Source: an uncultured Acidobacteriota bacterium (GTDB lineage Bacteria > Acidobacteriota > Thermoanaerobaculia > UBA5066 > Gp7-AA6). Taken from it: 64,000 nt of DNA. Each line of letters opens with the position of its first letter. Positions within the stretch are counted from its first letter, which is position 1. Below, one piece after another: positions 31,721 to 41,209 of the stretch. A model generated the notes under the pieces. That model was not told the origin of the DNA, did no database searches, and was given only the letters and a program-made list of their open reading frames with translations. A program made the translations under genes and the position numbers. Location of the stretch: the NCBI GenBank assembly GCA_963764715.1, contig CAVXTP010000013.1:116655-180654 (forward strand), in the 5' to 3' direction.

Positions 31721-32227
31721 ATGTCCGAAATCCACAGCACCTACCCCTTCTCGATTCGATGGCAGGATGGCAAGCGCGGTCTGGCCAGCGCCCCGGATGG
31801 GCTCCCGGATCTCGAGATCGCCTCGCCGCCGCAGTTCGGCGGGCCGGGCGGCCGCTGGACGCCGGAGCACCTCTTCGTCGGCGCCGCGACGAGCTGCTGG
31901 TTGACCACGTTCCTCGCGATCGCCGAGCTGTCGAAGCTCGATTTCGTGGCGGTCGAAGCGGCGGGGGAGGGGTTTCTCGAGCGCGGCGACGACCGGCGCT
32001 TCTCGATCACGCGGATCGTTCTGCGCCCCCGCGTGACGGTGCGCCGCGAGGAGGACCGCGACCGGGCGCTGCGGATCGTCCGCAAGGCCGAAGAGTCCTG
32101 CCTCGTCGCCCGCTCCATGCGGACCGCGATCGCACTCGAGCCGGTGGTCTCGGTCGGCGAGGCCGGGGCGCGGGCCGCGGGCGCCGGCCCCTCGTCGGAG
32201 CCTCCCGCGATCTCCCCGCCGTCCTGA
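31721..32227 (+). CDS. OsmC/Ohr family peroxiredoxin-like protein
   Basis: PPQFGGPGGRWTPEHLFVGAATSC and KAEESCLVARS, giving two conserved Cys. Confidence 0.88.
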   Translation: MSEIHSTYPFSIRWQDGKRGLASAPDGLPDLEIASPPQFGGPGGRWTPEHLFVGAATSCWLTTFLAIAELSKLDFVAVEAAGEGFLERGDDRRFSITRIVLRPRVTVRREEDRDRALRIVRKAEESCLVARSMRTAIALEPVVSVGEAGARAAGAGPSSEPPAISPPS

Positions 32228-32318
32228 GGGCGGCGATCCCTTCGTCCGCGCCGTCCGACCGCCCCGCCGTTCGGCGCGACGGGCCGTCGCCGCCGGGACG
32301 GGGGATACTGACTCCGCG

Positions 32319-33149
32319 ATGCTGACCTTCACGCTCGCCGTCGGGGCGGGCTCGCTCGTCGCGGGCTTCCTCGGCGCGCTCACGGGGCTGGGTGGGGGCG
32401 TCGTCGTCGTTCCGCTGCTGACGATCGCGTTCGGCGTCGACATCCGTTACGCGATCGGGGCGTCGCTGATCTCGGTGATCGCGACCTCCTCGGGCGCGGC
32501 CGCGGCCTACGTGAAGGAGGGGTTTTCGAACCTGCGGATCGGGATCTTTCTCGAGATCGCCACGACGACCGGGGCCCTGGCGGGCGCCGGACTGGCCTCG
32601 CGCACCTCGACCTCCGCGATCTCCGTCGCGTTCGGTCTCGTGTTGATCGCGTCGGCGTTTCTCACGCTGCGCTCCCGTGGCGACCGGTCCGCGCCGGAAG
32701 CGCCGGGAGGATGGGGCCGGCGACTGCGCCTGAACGGCCTGGAGCCGACGGCGGCCGGACCGAGACCGTACGAGGCCCGCAACGTGCCGGCGGGGTTCGG
32801 CGTCATGTTCGTCGCGGGGGGTCTCTCCGGCCTGCTCGGAATCGGGTCAGGCGCGGTCAAGGTGCTCGCGTTGGACGGGGCGATGGGGCTGCCCTTCAAG
32901 GTCGCCACCACGACGTCCAACTTCATGATCGGAGTGACCGCCGCGGCCAGCGCCGGCGTCTACCTCAACCGCGGGTACATCGATCCCGGCATCGCGCTGC
33001 CGGTCATGCTGGGGGTCCTCGTGGGATCGCTCGCGGGCGCGCGCCTGCTGGCCCGGGCCGAAACCGCGCGGCTCCGGCTCGTCTTCGTCGTCGTGATCCT
33101 CGCCCTCGCGGTCGAGATGATCCGCAGCGGCATCACCGGGAGCATCTGA
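32319..33149 (+). CDS. Sulfite exporter TauE/SafE (TSUP) family permease
   Basis: GALTGLGGGVVVVP, SGLLGIGSG, ATTTSNFMIGVTA; multiple TM helices. Confidence 0.88.
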   Translation: MLTFTLAVGAGSLVAGFLGALTGLGGGVVVVPLLTIAFGVDIRYAIGASLISVIATSSGAAAAYVKEGFSNLRIGIFLEIATTTGALAGAGLASRTSTSAISVAFGLVLIASAFLTLRSRGDRSAPEAPGGWGRRLRLNGLEPTAAGPRPYEARNVPAGFGVMFVAGGLSGLLGIGSGAVKVLALDGAMGLPFKVATTTSNFMIGVTAAASAGVYLNRGYIDPGIALPVMLGVLVGSLAGARLLARAETARLRLVFVVVILALAVEMIRSGITGSI

Positions 33150-33532
33150 TGGCCACCCGCGCGTGGACCGACCGGAAAGTCGAGCAGCTCGTCGGCAACC
33201 TCCTGCGGGCGGGCGTCGTCCTCGCGGGCGCCGTCGTTCTCGCGGGCGGCCTGATCGAGATCTCGCGGCACGGCTCCGCGCCGCCCGCCTACCGCGTCTT
33301 CCACGGCGAGCCCGCGGACCTGCGGGGCGTCGGAGGGATCCTGCGCGACGCGTCCTCGCTCGAGGGCCGGGGGCTGATCCAGCTCGGGCTGCTGCTCCTT
33401 CTCGCGACCCCCGTCGCGCGGGTCGCCCTGCTGATGTTCGCCTTCGCCCGGCAGGGCGACCGGCTGTACGTCGGAGTCACCCTGGTCGTTCTGGCCGTCC
33501 TGCTCTACAGCCTCCTCGCCGCCGGGCGCTGA
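33149..33532 (+). CDS. DUF1634-like membrane protein (TSUP partner)
   Basis: TGATG coupling; GNLLRAGV, IQLGLLLLLATPVARV, DRLYV. Confidence 0.82.
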   Translation: MATRAWTDRKVEQLVGNLLRAGVVLAGAVVLAGGLIEISRHGSAPPAYRVFHGEPADLRGVGGILRDASSLEGRGLIQLGLLLLLATPVARVALLMFAFARQGDRLYVGVTLVVLAVLLYSLLAAGR

Positions 33533-33564
33533 CCGGCCCCCCGGGGGGCCGCGAGCCCTCCCCC

Positions 33565-33594
33565 GAACCCTTTTTCGTCGGGCGGGCTCATACG
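33565..33594 (+). promoter_or_regulatory. Putative ECF promoter copy 3, upstream of the DUF2892-TolC-MFP-RND operon
   Basis: GAACCCTTTTTCGTCGGGCGGGCTCATACG, followed by GGAGGG-ATG as in copy 1. Confidence 0.68.
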
Positions 33595-33608
33595 GGCTGG
33601 AGGGCCGC

Positions 33609-33806
33609 ATGCAAACCAACGAAGCCGACTGGGATCGCGGGGTCCGGGTCGCGGTCGGGCTCGGTCTCCTCTCGATCACGGTCGTCTGGCCGCACACCCT
33701 GTGGGGCCTGGCAGGGTTTGCGCCGATTGCGACCGGCCTCTGGGGCTTTTGCCCCCTCTATCGCTTGAGCGGCCTGAGCACCTGTCCCGCGCAGGGGCGG
33801 TGCTGA
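33609..33806 (+). CDS. DUF2892 (YgaP-like) small membrane protein
   Basis: NEADWDRGVRVAVG...TGLWGFCPLYRLSGLSTC. Confidence 0.85.
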   Translation: MQTNEADWDRGVRVAVGLGLLSITVVWPHTLWGLAGFAPIATGLWGFCPLYRLSGLSTCPAQGRC

Positions 33807-33828
33807 CGGCCACGGGACGGATTCGCCC

Positions 33829-35121
33829 ATGAAACTCGCACTGCTTCTCGCCGTTCTCGCGGCCCCGGAGCCGCTCACCCTCCAGCAGGCCGCGTCCCTG
33901 GCCGCGGGCGGCGCGCCCGTGGTCGAGCGCGCGAAGGCCGAGACCGACCGGGCGCGGGCCTCGGAGTCCTCGGCGAAGTCGGCCCTGGGCCCGACGCTCT
34001 TCGGCGACGTCGGCTTCCTCACGTCCAACAACCCCGTGACCGTCTTCTCGCTCGCGCTGGAGCAGCAGCGCTTCTCGGCGCAGGAATTCTTCCTCTCCGA
34101 CCCCAACGATCCGCCGTTCACCCAGGACTGGAACGCGGCCGTGGCCGCCGCCTGGGCGGTCGACCTCTTCGGCTCGGCGCGGGCCGCCGCGCGCGCGGCG
34201 GGAAGCGCGGCCGAGGCGGCCGAGCGCGCCGCTCGGCGGACCGGAGACGGGGCGGCGCTGGAGGCGATCGCCGCCTTCGTCGAGGCGCGGCGCGCCGAGG
34301 ACACGCTGGCGATCCTGGCGGAGCGGCAGTCGGACGCGGACCGGGACGAGGCGCTGGCCCGCGCGCTCTACGAAGAGGGCGTCGCGACGTCGGCCGATCC
34401 CGCGCGGGCCCTCGCCGTCGCCGCCGAGGTCCGCGCCGACACCGCGGCGTTTCGCGCCGCCGCGTCGACCGCGCGCGCGACTCTCGCGGGCCTGATCGGC
34501 GAGGAGGCCGCCGCGAGGCCGCTCGCGCCGCTCCCGGAGCCGACGTCCGTCGACGCGCCTCCCTCGGGCACGCGCGACGACATCGCCGCGGCCGAGCTCT
34601 CGCTCGAGTCCGCGAAGCAGGCGGCCCGCTCGGCGGATGCGTCCCGGTGGCCGTCGCTCGTCGTGAGCGGGCGATGGGAATTTCACTCGCCGACCGCGGG
34701 CGGCCGGTACGGCGATTCCGGCACGGCCTTCGCCGGGGTCCGGGTCCCGATCTTCGAGTCCGGCGCCGTGACCGCGCGCGTGGCCGAGGCACGGGCGTCG
34801 GCGCGGGCGGCCGAGGCCGCGCTCTCCGAGCGCCGGCGCGCGGCGCAGAGCGAGACCGTCTCGGCGCGGGCGCGCGCGGAAGCGGCGGCCTCGCGTCTGG
34901 TCTCGTTCGAGGACGCGCGGACGGCGGCCGCCCGCGCGCGTGAGATCCAGCAAGCCCGATACGAGGAGGGGGCCGCGCGCCTCTCGGACCTGCTGGAGGC
35001 CCGCTCGGCGGAGCTGCGCGCGCGGATGGGCGCCGTGGGCGCCGCGGCCGATCGCGTGCTCGCCGAAGCCAACCTGCGCATGGCCCTGGGCCTGGCGCCC
35101 GAGGGGGAGGGAGCGCGATGA
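33829..35121 (+). CDS. TolC family outer-membrane efflux protein
   Basis: LTLQQAA start, RWPSL, VRVPIFESG, RYEEG..LSDLLEA; first gene of a tripartite operon. Confidence 0.85.
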   Translation: MKLALLLAVLAAPEPLTLQQAASLAAGGAPVVERAKAETDRARASESSAKSALGPTLFGDVGFLTSNNPVTVFSLALEQQRFSAQEFFLSDPNDPPFTQDWNAAVAAAWAVDLFGSARAAARAAGSAAEAAERAARRTGDGAALEAIAAFVEARRAEDTLAILAERQSDADRDEALARALYEEGVATSADPARALAVAAEVRADTAAFRAAASTARATLAGLIGEEAAARPLAPLPEPTSVDAPPSGTRDDIAAAELSLESAKQAARSADASRWPSLVVSGRWEFHSPTAGGRYGDSGTAFAGVRVPIFESGAVTARVAEARASARAAEAALSERRRAAQSETVSARARAEAAASRLVSFEDARTAAARAREIQQARYEEGAARLSDLLEARSAELRARMGAVGAAADRVLAEANLRMALGLAPEGEGAR

Positions 35122-36170
35122 AGCGAATTCCGGGTCTCGTGGCGCTGGCGGTCCTCGCCTTCGCCGGCTGCGCGAAGAAGCCTGCCCCCGAAGCGGCCTC
35201 CGGCGCGAACCGGAAGCTCGCGACGGCGAAAGTCGAGAGGAGCGATGCCGCGGCGACCGTCGAGGTCGACGGAACCGTCGTGGGAGTGACCGAAGCGATC
35301 CTCTCGAGCCGCCTCGCAGCGCCGGTCGTCGAGGTGCTCGCGGTTCCCGGCCAGACCGTCCGCGCCGGCGCGGTCCTCGTCCGATTGGCGGACCGCGAAT
35401 CCGAAAGCGCGCTCGAGGGCGCCCGCGCCGCGGTGGCGGCCGCACGCTCGACGTCGGAGATCGCGACCCGCAATCGGATGCGGTTCGAGCGGCTCGAGGG
35501 GCGCGGCGCGGCCGCCGCGGTCGAGATCGAGCGGACCCGGCAGGAGGAGTCCTCGGCGGTCTCGGCCCTGGCGCTCGCGCAGGCCGCGCTGGCGCGCGCC
35601 GAGACGGACCGGGAGCAGTCGGTGCTCGTCGCGCCGTTCGACGCGGTCGTCGTCGAGAAGATGGTTTCCGTCGGAGACCTCACGGCCCCTGGGCGGCCCC
35701 TCGTCCGGCTCTCCTCGGCGAAGGGGCGGCGCGTCGAGGCGGCGCCGGGCGAAGAAGCGGCCTCACGGCTCGCCGTCGGCGACGTGGTGCCCGTCGCCCT
35801 CGGCGATCGGGTCGTCGAGGGCCGGATCGTGGAAATCGTGGGCGCGGTCGATCCGGAAACGCGCCGCCGCCTCGTCCGCGTGGGCCTTCCCGCGGACGTC
35901 GATCCGCCGGTCGGCACCTTCGTGCGCCTGCGCTTCCCGGGGCCGGCCGCGTCGAGGCTCCTGGTGCCCGCGCGCGCGATCGCGGCCCGGGGCGGCCTCG
36001 AGATCGCCTGGGCGGTCGGGCGGGACGACCGGGTGTCTCTGCGGTACGTCCGCACCGGCGGGCCCGCCGGCGCCGGCCTGGTGGAGGTCCGGTCCGGGCT
36101 CGAAGCGGGAGAGCGGGTCGTGCTCGATCCGCCGGCGGACCTGGCGGCCGGGACGCGGGCGGTCTCGTGA
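35118..36170 (+). CDS. RND membrane fusion (periplasmic adaptor) lipoprotein
   Basis: Lipobox LAFAGC, APFDAVV, VDPETR, VRSGLEAGERVV. Confidence 0.9.
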   Translation: MKRIPGLVALAVLAFAGCAKKPAPEAASGANRKLATAKVERSDAAATVEVDGTVVGVTEAILSSRLAAPVVEVLAVPGQTVRAGAVLVRLADRESESALEGARAAVAAARSTSEIATRNRMRFERLEGRGAAAAVEIERTRQEESSAVSALALAQAALARAETDREQSVLVAPFDAVVVEKMVSVGDLTAPGRPLVRLSSAKGRRVEAAPGEEAASRLAVGDVVPVALGDRVVEGRIVEIVGAVDPETRRRLVRVGLPADVDPPVGTFVRLRFPGPAASRLLVPARAIAARGGLEIAWAVGRDDRVSLRYVRTGGPAGAGLVEVRSGLEAGERVVLDPPADLAAGTRAVS

Positions 36171-39100
36171 CGCTCGACCCGCGGGTGCGGCTCGTGCAGG
36201 AGCGCGAACGCCTCGGCCTCGCCGGACGCCTCGCCTCCGCGTTCATCGAGTCGAAGCTGACGCCTTTGCTCGTCTTTTTCGCCCTGGCGCTCGGAGCCCT
36301 CGCCATCGCCGTGACGCCGCGCGAAGAAGAGCCCCAGATCAAGGTCCCGATGGTCGACGTCTTCGCGTCGCTTCCGGGCCGCGGCTCGGTCGAGGTCGAG
36401 CGGGAGATCTCGTCTCCCCTCGAGAAAGCCTTCTGGTCCATCCCCGGGGTCGAGTACGTCTACTCGACCTCGTCGCCGGGCTCGGCGTTCGTGGTCGTGC
36501 GCTTTCGCGTGGGGGAGGACCCCGACCGCGCCTTGGTGCGGGTCCGCTCCAAGATCGACGCGCTCGCCGACGCCTGGCCGCGGGACGTGCCGCCGCCGGT
36601 CGTCAAGCCCCGTTCGATCGACGACGTGCCGATCTGGGCCCTGACGTTCTGGAGCCCGACGCAGGATCCGGCGACGCTCCGGCAGATCGCGGCGGAGGTC
36701 GAGAACGAGATCAAGAGCATCCCGGAAGTCTCGGACACCGCCCTCATCGGCGGCTTGCGGCGCGAGTTCCGGGTGGAGCTCGACCCGGCGCGGCTCGCGG
36801 CGCGCGGGCTCGCGGCCGGCCCGGTCATCGCGGCGATCGAGGCCGGCAACCGCCGCACCGTGGCGGGCGAGATGGTCGCCTCCGACCGGGGCGTCGTGGT
36901 CGAGGCCGGCGGCTTCCTCGAGTCCGCGAGCGAGCTCGGCTCGGTCGTCGTCGCCGAGCGCGGCGGACGCCCGGTGCGGCTCTCCGACGTCGCGACCGTC
37001 GTCGACGGACCGGAGCGCCCCGCGACCTACGTGACGCACGGGGAGCCCGGCCGTGCCGGGCGCTTCGCCGCGGTCACGCTCGCCGTCAGCAAGCGGCGCG
37101 GCGCCAACGCGATCTCGGTCGTGCACGCGATCGAGCGCCGGCTCGACGCCGTGGAGCCGCGCCTTCTCGCCGCGGACGTGCGCACGACGGTGACGCGCGA
37201 CTACGGCGAGACCTCTTCGGAGAAGTCGAACGAGCTGCTCAAGCACATGGCCCTCGCGACCCTGTCGGTCGCGCTGCTCATGGCGCTCGCGCTGGGCCGG
37301 CGGGAGGCGGGCGTGGTGCTGCTCGCGGTGCCGGTCACGCTGGCGCTCACGCTCTTCGTCTTCATGCTCTTCGGCTACACGCTCAACCGGATCACGCTCT
37401 TCGCCCTCATCTTCTCGATCGGCATCCTCGTCGACGACGCGATCGTCGTCGTCGAGAACATCGTCCGCCACCTCCGGCTGCCGTCCGCGCACGGACGCCC
37501 GCTCGCCCGGATCGCGGTGGAGGCGACCGACGAGGTCGGCAACCCCACGATCCTCGCCACGTTCGCGGTCATCGCGGCGATCGTGCCGATGGGTTTCGTC
37601 GGCGGGCTGATGGGACCGTACATGCGCCCGATCCCGGTCGGGGCTTCGGCGGCCATGCTCTTCTCGCTGCTCGTGGCCTTCGCGATCTCGCCCTGGGCGG
37701 CGCGCCGGCTGTTTCGCGGGACGCCCGCCGGGGCGGCCGGCCACGGCGAGGGCGAGCGCAGCCGGCTCGCGCAGCTCTACCGCCGCGCGATGACGCCGCT
37801 CGTCTCGGACGGCGGCCGGCGCTCGCGCGCGATCTTCTTCGGCGTCATCGCGGTGCTGCTCCTCGGAGCAATGGCGCTCGTGCCGCTGGGCGTCGTGACC
37901 GTGAAAATGCTGCCCTTCGACAACAAGAACGAGTTCCAGGTCGTGGTGGACCTTCCCGACGGAACGACGCTCGAGACCACGCACCGCGTGCTCTCGGAGA
38001 TGGCGGACGCCCTCGCGCCGCTGCCGGAAGTGACGGGAACCGAGGTCTACGCCGGCACGGCCGCGCCCTACAACTTCAACGGCCTCGTGCGGCACTACTT
38101 CCTGCGCTCGGCGCCGCACCAGGGAGACGTCCAGGTGTCGCTGGCGCCGAAGGGGAAGCGCTCCCGCTCCTCGCACGCCATCGCCCGCGCCGCCCGCGGG
38201 CTCCTCGAGCCGATCGCCCGGCGCTACGACGCCCGCGTCAAGGTCGCCGAGGTGCCGCCGGGTCCCCCGGTGCTGCAGACCCTCGTCGCCGAGATCTACG
38301 GCCCGGACGACGCGGGCCGCCGGGAGGTGGCGCGGCAGGTGCGCGACGTGTTCCGGAAGACCGAGGGAGTCGTCGACGTCGACTGGTACCTGGAGACCCC
38401 GCGCGACAAGGAGGTCTACCGGCTCGACCGCGAGAAGGCGGGCCTCTCGGGGATCCGCGAGTCCGACGTCGCGGCGACCCTGCGCCTGGCGCTCTCGTCC
38501 GATGCGGCCGGCGAGATCCACCTTCCCGGGATCCGCGAGCGGATTCCGCTGCGGTTCACGCTGCCCGAGGAGCGCCGCCACGACCTCTCCGCGCTCGGCG
38601 CGCTCTCGGTCGCGGACGCGTCGGGCCGCCTCGTCCCGCTCTCCGAGATCGGGCGCTTCGAGCGCGTGCCGGCCGACACCTCGATCTACCACAAGAACTT
38701 GAAGCCGGTCGTGTACGTCACCGCCGACGTCGCCGGGCGCCGCGAGGCCCCGGTCTACGCGATCGGGGCGCTCGAGAAGGGCATCGCGTCGATCCCGGTG
38801 CCGGGCGGGTACCGCATCCAGACGCGCACGGCGACCGCGCCGTTCGACACGGCGCGCTTCGGGCTCAAGTGGGACGGCGAGTGGCACGTGACCTACGAGG
38901 TCTTCCGCGACCTCGGCCTCGCCTTCGCGGCGGTCCTCGTCCTGATCTACGTCCTCGTCGTCGGCTGGTTCAAGAGCTTTACGGTGCCGCTCGTCATCAT
39001 GGCGCCGATCCCGTTGACGCTCGTCGGGATCCTCCCGGCGCACGGTCTCTTCGGCGTGTTCTTCACCGCGACCTCGATGATCGGCTTCATCGCCGGCGCC

Positions 39101-39439
39101 GGCATCATCGTGCGCAACTCGATCATCCTCGTCGACTTCATCGAGCTGCGCCGCCGGGAGGGCATGGAGCTCTCCGAAGCGGTGCTCGACGCGGGGGAGG
39201 TGCGCTTCCGCCCGATGCTCCTGACGGCGGCCGCGGTCGTCGTGGGCTCCGCGGTGATGCTGCTCGATCCGATCTTCCAGGGACTCGCGGTCTCGATGAT
39301 GGCGGGGGAGGTGGCGGCGACGCTCCTGTCGCGCGCCGCCGTGCCGGTCCTCTATTACATGCTCAAACGCGCGGAGGAGAAGCGGGCGCACCCCTCGCCG
39401 GCCACCTCGTCCGTCGCGACGGAAAGGAGCCTCGCATGA
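36167..39439 (+). CDS. RND efflux permease (AcrB/CzcA superfamily)
   Basis: PREEEPQIKVP, SIGILVDDAIVVVENI, IIVRNSIILVDF, RFRPMLLT; GTG overlapping the MFP stop. Confidence 0.93.
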   Translation: MTLDPRVRLVQERERLGLAGRLASAFIESKLTPLLVFFALALGALAIAVTPREEEPQIKVPMVDVFASLPGRGSVEVEREISSPLEKAFWSIPGVEYVYSTSSPGSAFVVVRFRVGEDPDRALVRVRSKIDALADAWPRDVPPPVVKPRSIDDVPIWALTFWSPTQDPATLRQIAAEVENEIKSIPEVSDTALIGGLRREFRVELDPARLAARGLAAGPVIAAIEAGNRRTVAGEMVASDRGVVVEAGGFLESASELGSVVVAERGGRPVRLSDVATVVDGPERPATYVTHGEPGRAGRFAAVTLAVSKRRGANAISVVHAIERRLDAVEPRLLAADVRTTVTRDYGETSSEKSNELLKHMALATLSVALLMALALGRREAGVVLLAVPVTLALTLFVFMLFGYTLNRITLFALIFSIGILVDDAIVVVENIVRHLRLPSAHGRPLARIAVEATDEVGNPTILATFAVIAAIVPMGFVGGLMGPYMRPIPVGASAAMLFSLLVAFAISPWAARRLFRGTPAGAAGHGEGERSRLAQLYRRAMTPLVSDGGRRSRAIFFGVIAVLLLGAMALVPLGVVTVKMLPFDNKNEFQVVVDLPDGTTLETTHRVLSEMADALAPLPEVTGTEVYAGTAAPYNFNGLVRHYFLRSAPHQGDVQVSLAPKGKRSRSSHAIARAARGLLEPIARRYDARVKVAEVPPGPPVLQTLVAEIYGPDDAGRREVARQVRDVFRKTEGVVDVDWYLETPRDKEVYRLDREKAGLSGIRESDVAATLRLALSSDAAGEIHLPGIRERIPLRFTLPEERRHDLSALGALSVADASGRLVPLSEIGRFERVPADTSIYHKNLKPVVYVTADVAGRREAPVYAIGALEKGIASIPVPGGYRIQTRTATAPFDTARFGLKWDGEWHVTYEVFRDLGLAFAAVLVLIYVLVVGWFKSFTVPLVIMAPIPLTLVGILPAHGLFGVFFTATSMIGFIAGAGIIVRNSIILVDFIELRRREGMELSEAVLDAGEVRFRPMLLTAAAVVVGSAVMLLDPIFQGLAVSMMAGEVAATLLSRAAVPVLYYMLKRAEEKRAHPSPATSSVATERSLA

Positions 39440-39645
39440 GACGGTCCGTGGACGACTGGCTGCGCGGGATCGCGGGAACCTTCGTTCTCGCGTCGCTCGC
39501 CCTCGGGTGGTTCGTCCACCCGGGGTTCTTTCTCTTCACCGCGTTCGTCGGCGCCAACCTGCTGCAATCCGCTTTCACCGGGACGTGTCCGATGATGTGG
39601 CTCTTGAAGCGGCTCCGCGTTGGCGCGGCCGCGGCGCAGCCGTGA
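39436..39645 (+). CDS. DUF2892 (YgaP-like) small membrane protein
   Basis: AAGGAG RBS; IAGTFVLASL, FTAFVGANLLQSAFTGTCPM. Confidence 0.85.
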   Translation: MRRSVDDWLRGIAGTFVLASLALGWFVHPGFFLFTAFVGANLLQSAFTGTCPMMWLLKRLRVGAAAAQP

Positions 39646-39929
39646 AGCTGCTGCTCGCCGTCGTTGCCCGGGAGGCGCGCGACGACGCGGAGGCCGCGCT
39701 CGAGGCGGCCGCGGGCGCGGGTTTCACGGAAATACCGGGCGTTTACGGCGAAGGGAGCACCGGACCTCGCTTTGGCTCCCGCCAGGCGCCCGGCGTTTCG
39801 GACCTCGTCTTCGCCGCGATTGCCGACGAGAAGCTTCCGGCCGCCCGGGAGGCGCTCGCGACGGCCGGTGCGCGGCACGGGAAGCCCATTCGCGCGTTCG
39901 TGCTCCCCGTCGAGGAAGCCTGGAGCTGA
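39642..39929 (+). CDS. P-II-fold transporter-associated protein (PG0541-like)
   Basis: GTG overlap; GFTEIPGVYGEGSTGPRFGS, IRAFVLPVEE. Confidence 0.7.
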   Translation: MKLLLAVVAREARDDAEAALEAAAGAGFTEIPGVYGEGSTGPRFGSRQAPGVSDLVFAAIADEKLPAAREALATAGARHGKPIRAFVLPVEEAWS

Positions 39930-39942
39930 GGGCTGTCGGGTC

Positions 39943-41118
39943 CTAACCCCAGCGCGGCGGCTCGTCGAGGTTGATGCCGAGCGCCGTCTTGGCCACGACC
40001 TCGTGCGTCAGGGCGGAGTTGGCCGGGTGGAAGCGCCCCGCGCGGGCGTCGCGGAAGAGCCTCTCGAGCTCGTTGCGCTTGAACATCCCGGCGCCGCCCG
40101 AGAGCTCCATGGCGGTGTCGACGACCTTCCAGACGCCCTCGGCCGTGCGGTACTTCGTCGCCATGATCTTCGACGGCCAGAGCGCGCCGTGGCCGATCCC
40201 CGCGGACCACTCCCCGGTCGTCCGGTCGATCAGCGGCTCGAGCGCTTCGAGCTCCATCACCATCTCGGCCACGCCGTGCTGCATGGCCGGGTGATGGGCC
40301 ATGGAGCCCGAGACCGCGAGCGAGGTCCGCTTCTTCAGCGACTCGACGGTCAGGTCGAGCACGCGGCGGCCGAGCGCGTAGTAAATGTGGGCGAAACCGA
40401 TCAGGGCCCACGCGAAGATCGACAGCACAAAGACGTCGATGCCGGCCGCGCCCGCCGGCACGACCCGGCTGATGCGGTCGTCGGGGATGAAGACGCCCTC
40501 GAGAATCGTGTCGTCGCTGCGGGTCGCGCGCATCCCGAGGACGTCCCAGGTCGGCTCGATGCGGTAGCCCTCTGCGTCGCGCTTGAGGAAGGCGTGCACG
40601 ATTTTCGGCGCCTTCGGATCGCTCGCATCCATTCCATGGAGGCCGAGGAGGGTCCAGACGGGCGTGAGGCTGCCGAAGGCCTTGTGGCCGGTGAAGCGGT
40701 AGCCGCCGGCGACGCGTTCCGCGCGCGTCGTGGAGAGCAGCACGGGGAGGTCGTGGCCGAGCTCGGCGTGGCCGGCGGCGAAGACCGCGCCCTGCCCGGC
40801 GGCTTCGAGGATCCAGTCGCAGGAGGAGTCGCCCGATTGCCGGACCTGCGACGCCACGCCGCACCAGTAGGTGTGCATGTTCGTGCCGAGCGCGGTCGCC
40901 GGCGCCCAGTAGGCGAGGCGCCGGGTCTCGCGCATGCAGTCGGCGAAGGAGAGCCCGAGGCCTCCGAGCTCGCGCGGGACGGCCATCTTCAGGTAGCCGG
41001 CGCGGCGCAGGTCCTCGAAGTCCTCGCTGAAGAACCGGTTCTCGCGGTCGTACGCGGGCGCCCGGCCGTGGAAGGTCCGCAGCATCTCATCCGACAGGAT
41101 CGGCCGGGAGTCGCTCAT
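39943..41118 (-). CDS. Acyl-CoA dehydrogenase / flavin-dependent monooxygenase family protein
   Basis: GGAG RBS before ATG 41118; VPRELGGLG, GHKAFGSL, WDVLGMRATRS, LERLFRDARAG. Confidence 0.88.
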   Translation of the reverse strand: MSDSRPILSDEMLRTFHGRAPAYDRENRFFSEDFEDLRRAGYLKMAVPRELGGLGLSFADCMRETRRLAYWAPATALGTNMHTYWCGVASQVRQSGDSSCDWILEAAGQGAVFAAGHAELGHDLPVLLSTTRAERVAGGYRFTGHKAFGSLTPVWTLLGLHGMDASDPKAPKIVHAFLKRDAEGYRIEPTWDVLGMRATRSDDTILEGVFIPDDRISRVVPAGAAGIDVFVLSIFAWALIGFAHIYYALGRRVLDLTVESLKKRTSLAVSGSMAHHPAMQHGVAEMVMELEALEPLIDRTTGEWSAGIGHGALWPSKIMATKYRTAEGVWKVVDTAMELSGGAGMFKRNELERLFRDARAGRFHPANSALTHEVVAKTALGINLDEPPRWG

Positions 41119-41209
41119 GGCGAAGGCTCCTTCCTCGAAGATCCCGGGATATATGACGATGCGCCCGCAGATACAAGGGGCCTGGGGACCCCGATAGAAT
41201 AGGCGGCCC

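Noticed and set aside
29046-39929. Mobile genomic island
   Set aside because: No integrase, transposase, tRNA or flanking direct repeats, and no obvious compositional shift by eye.
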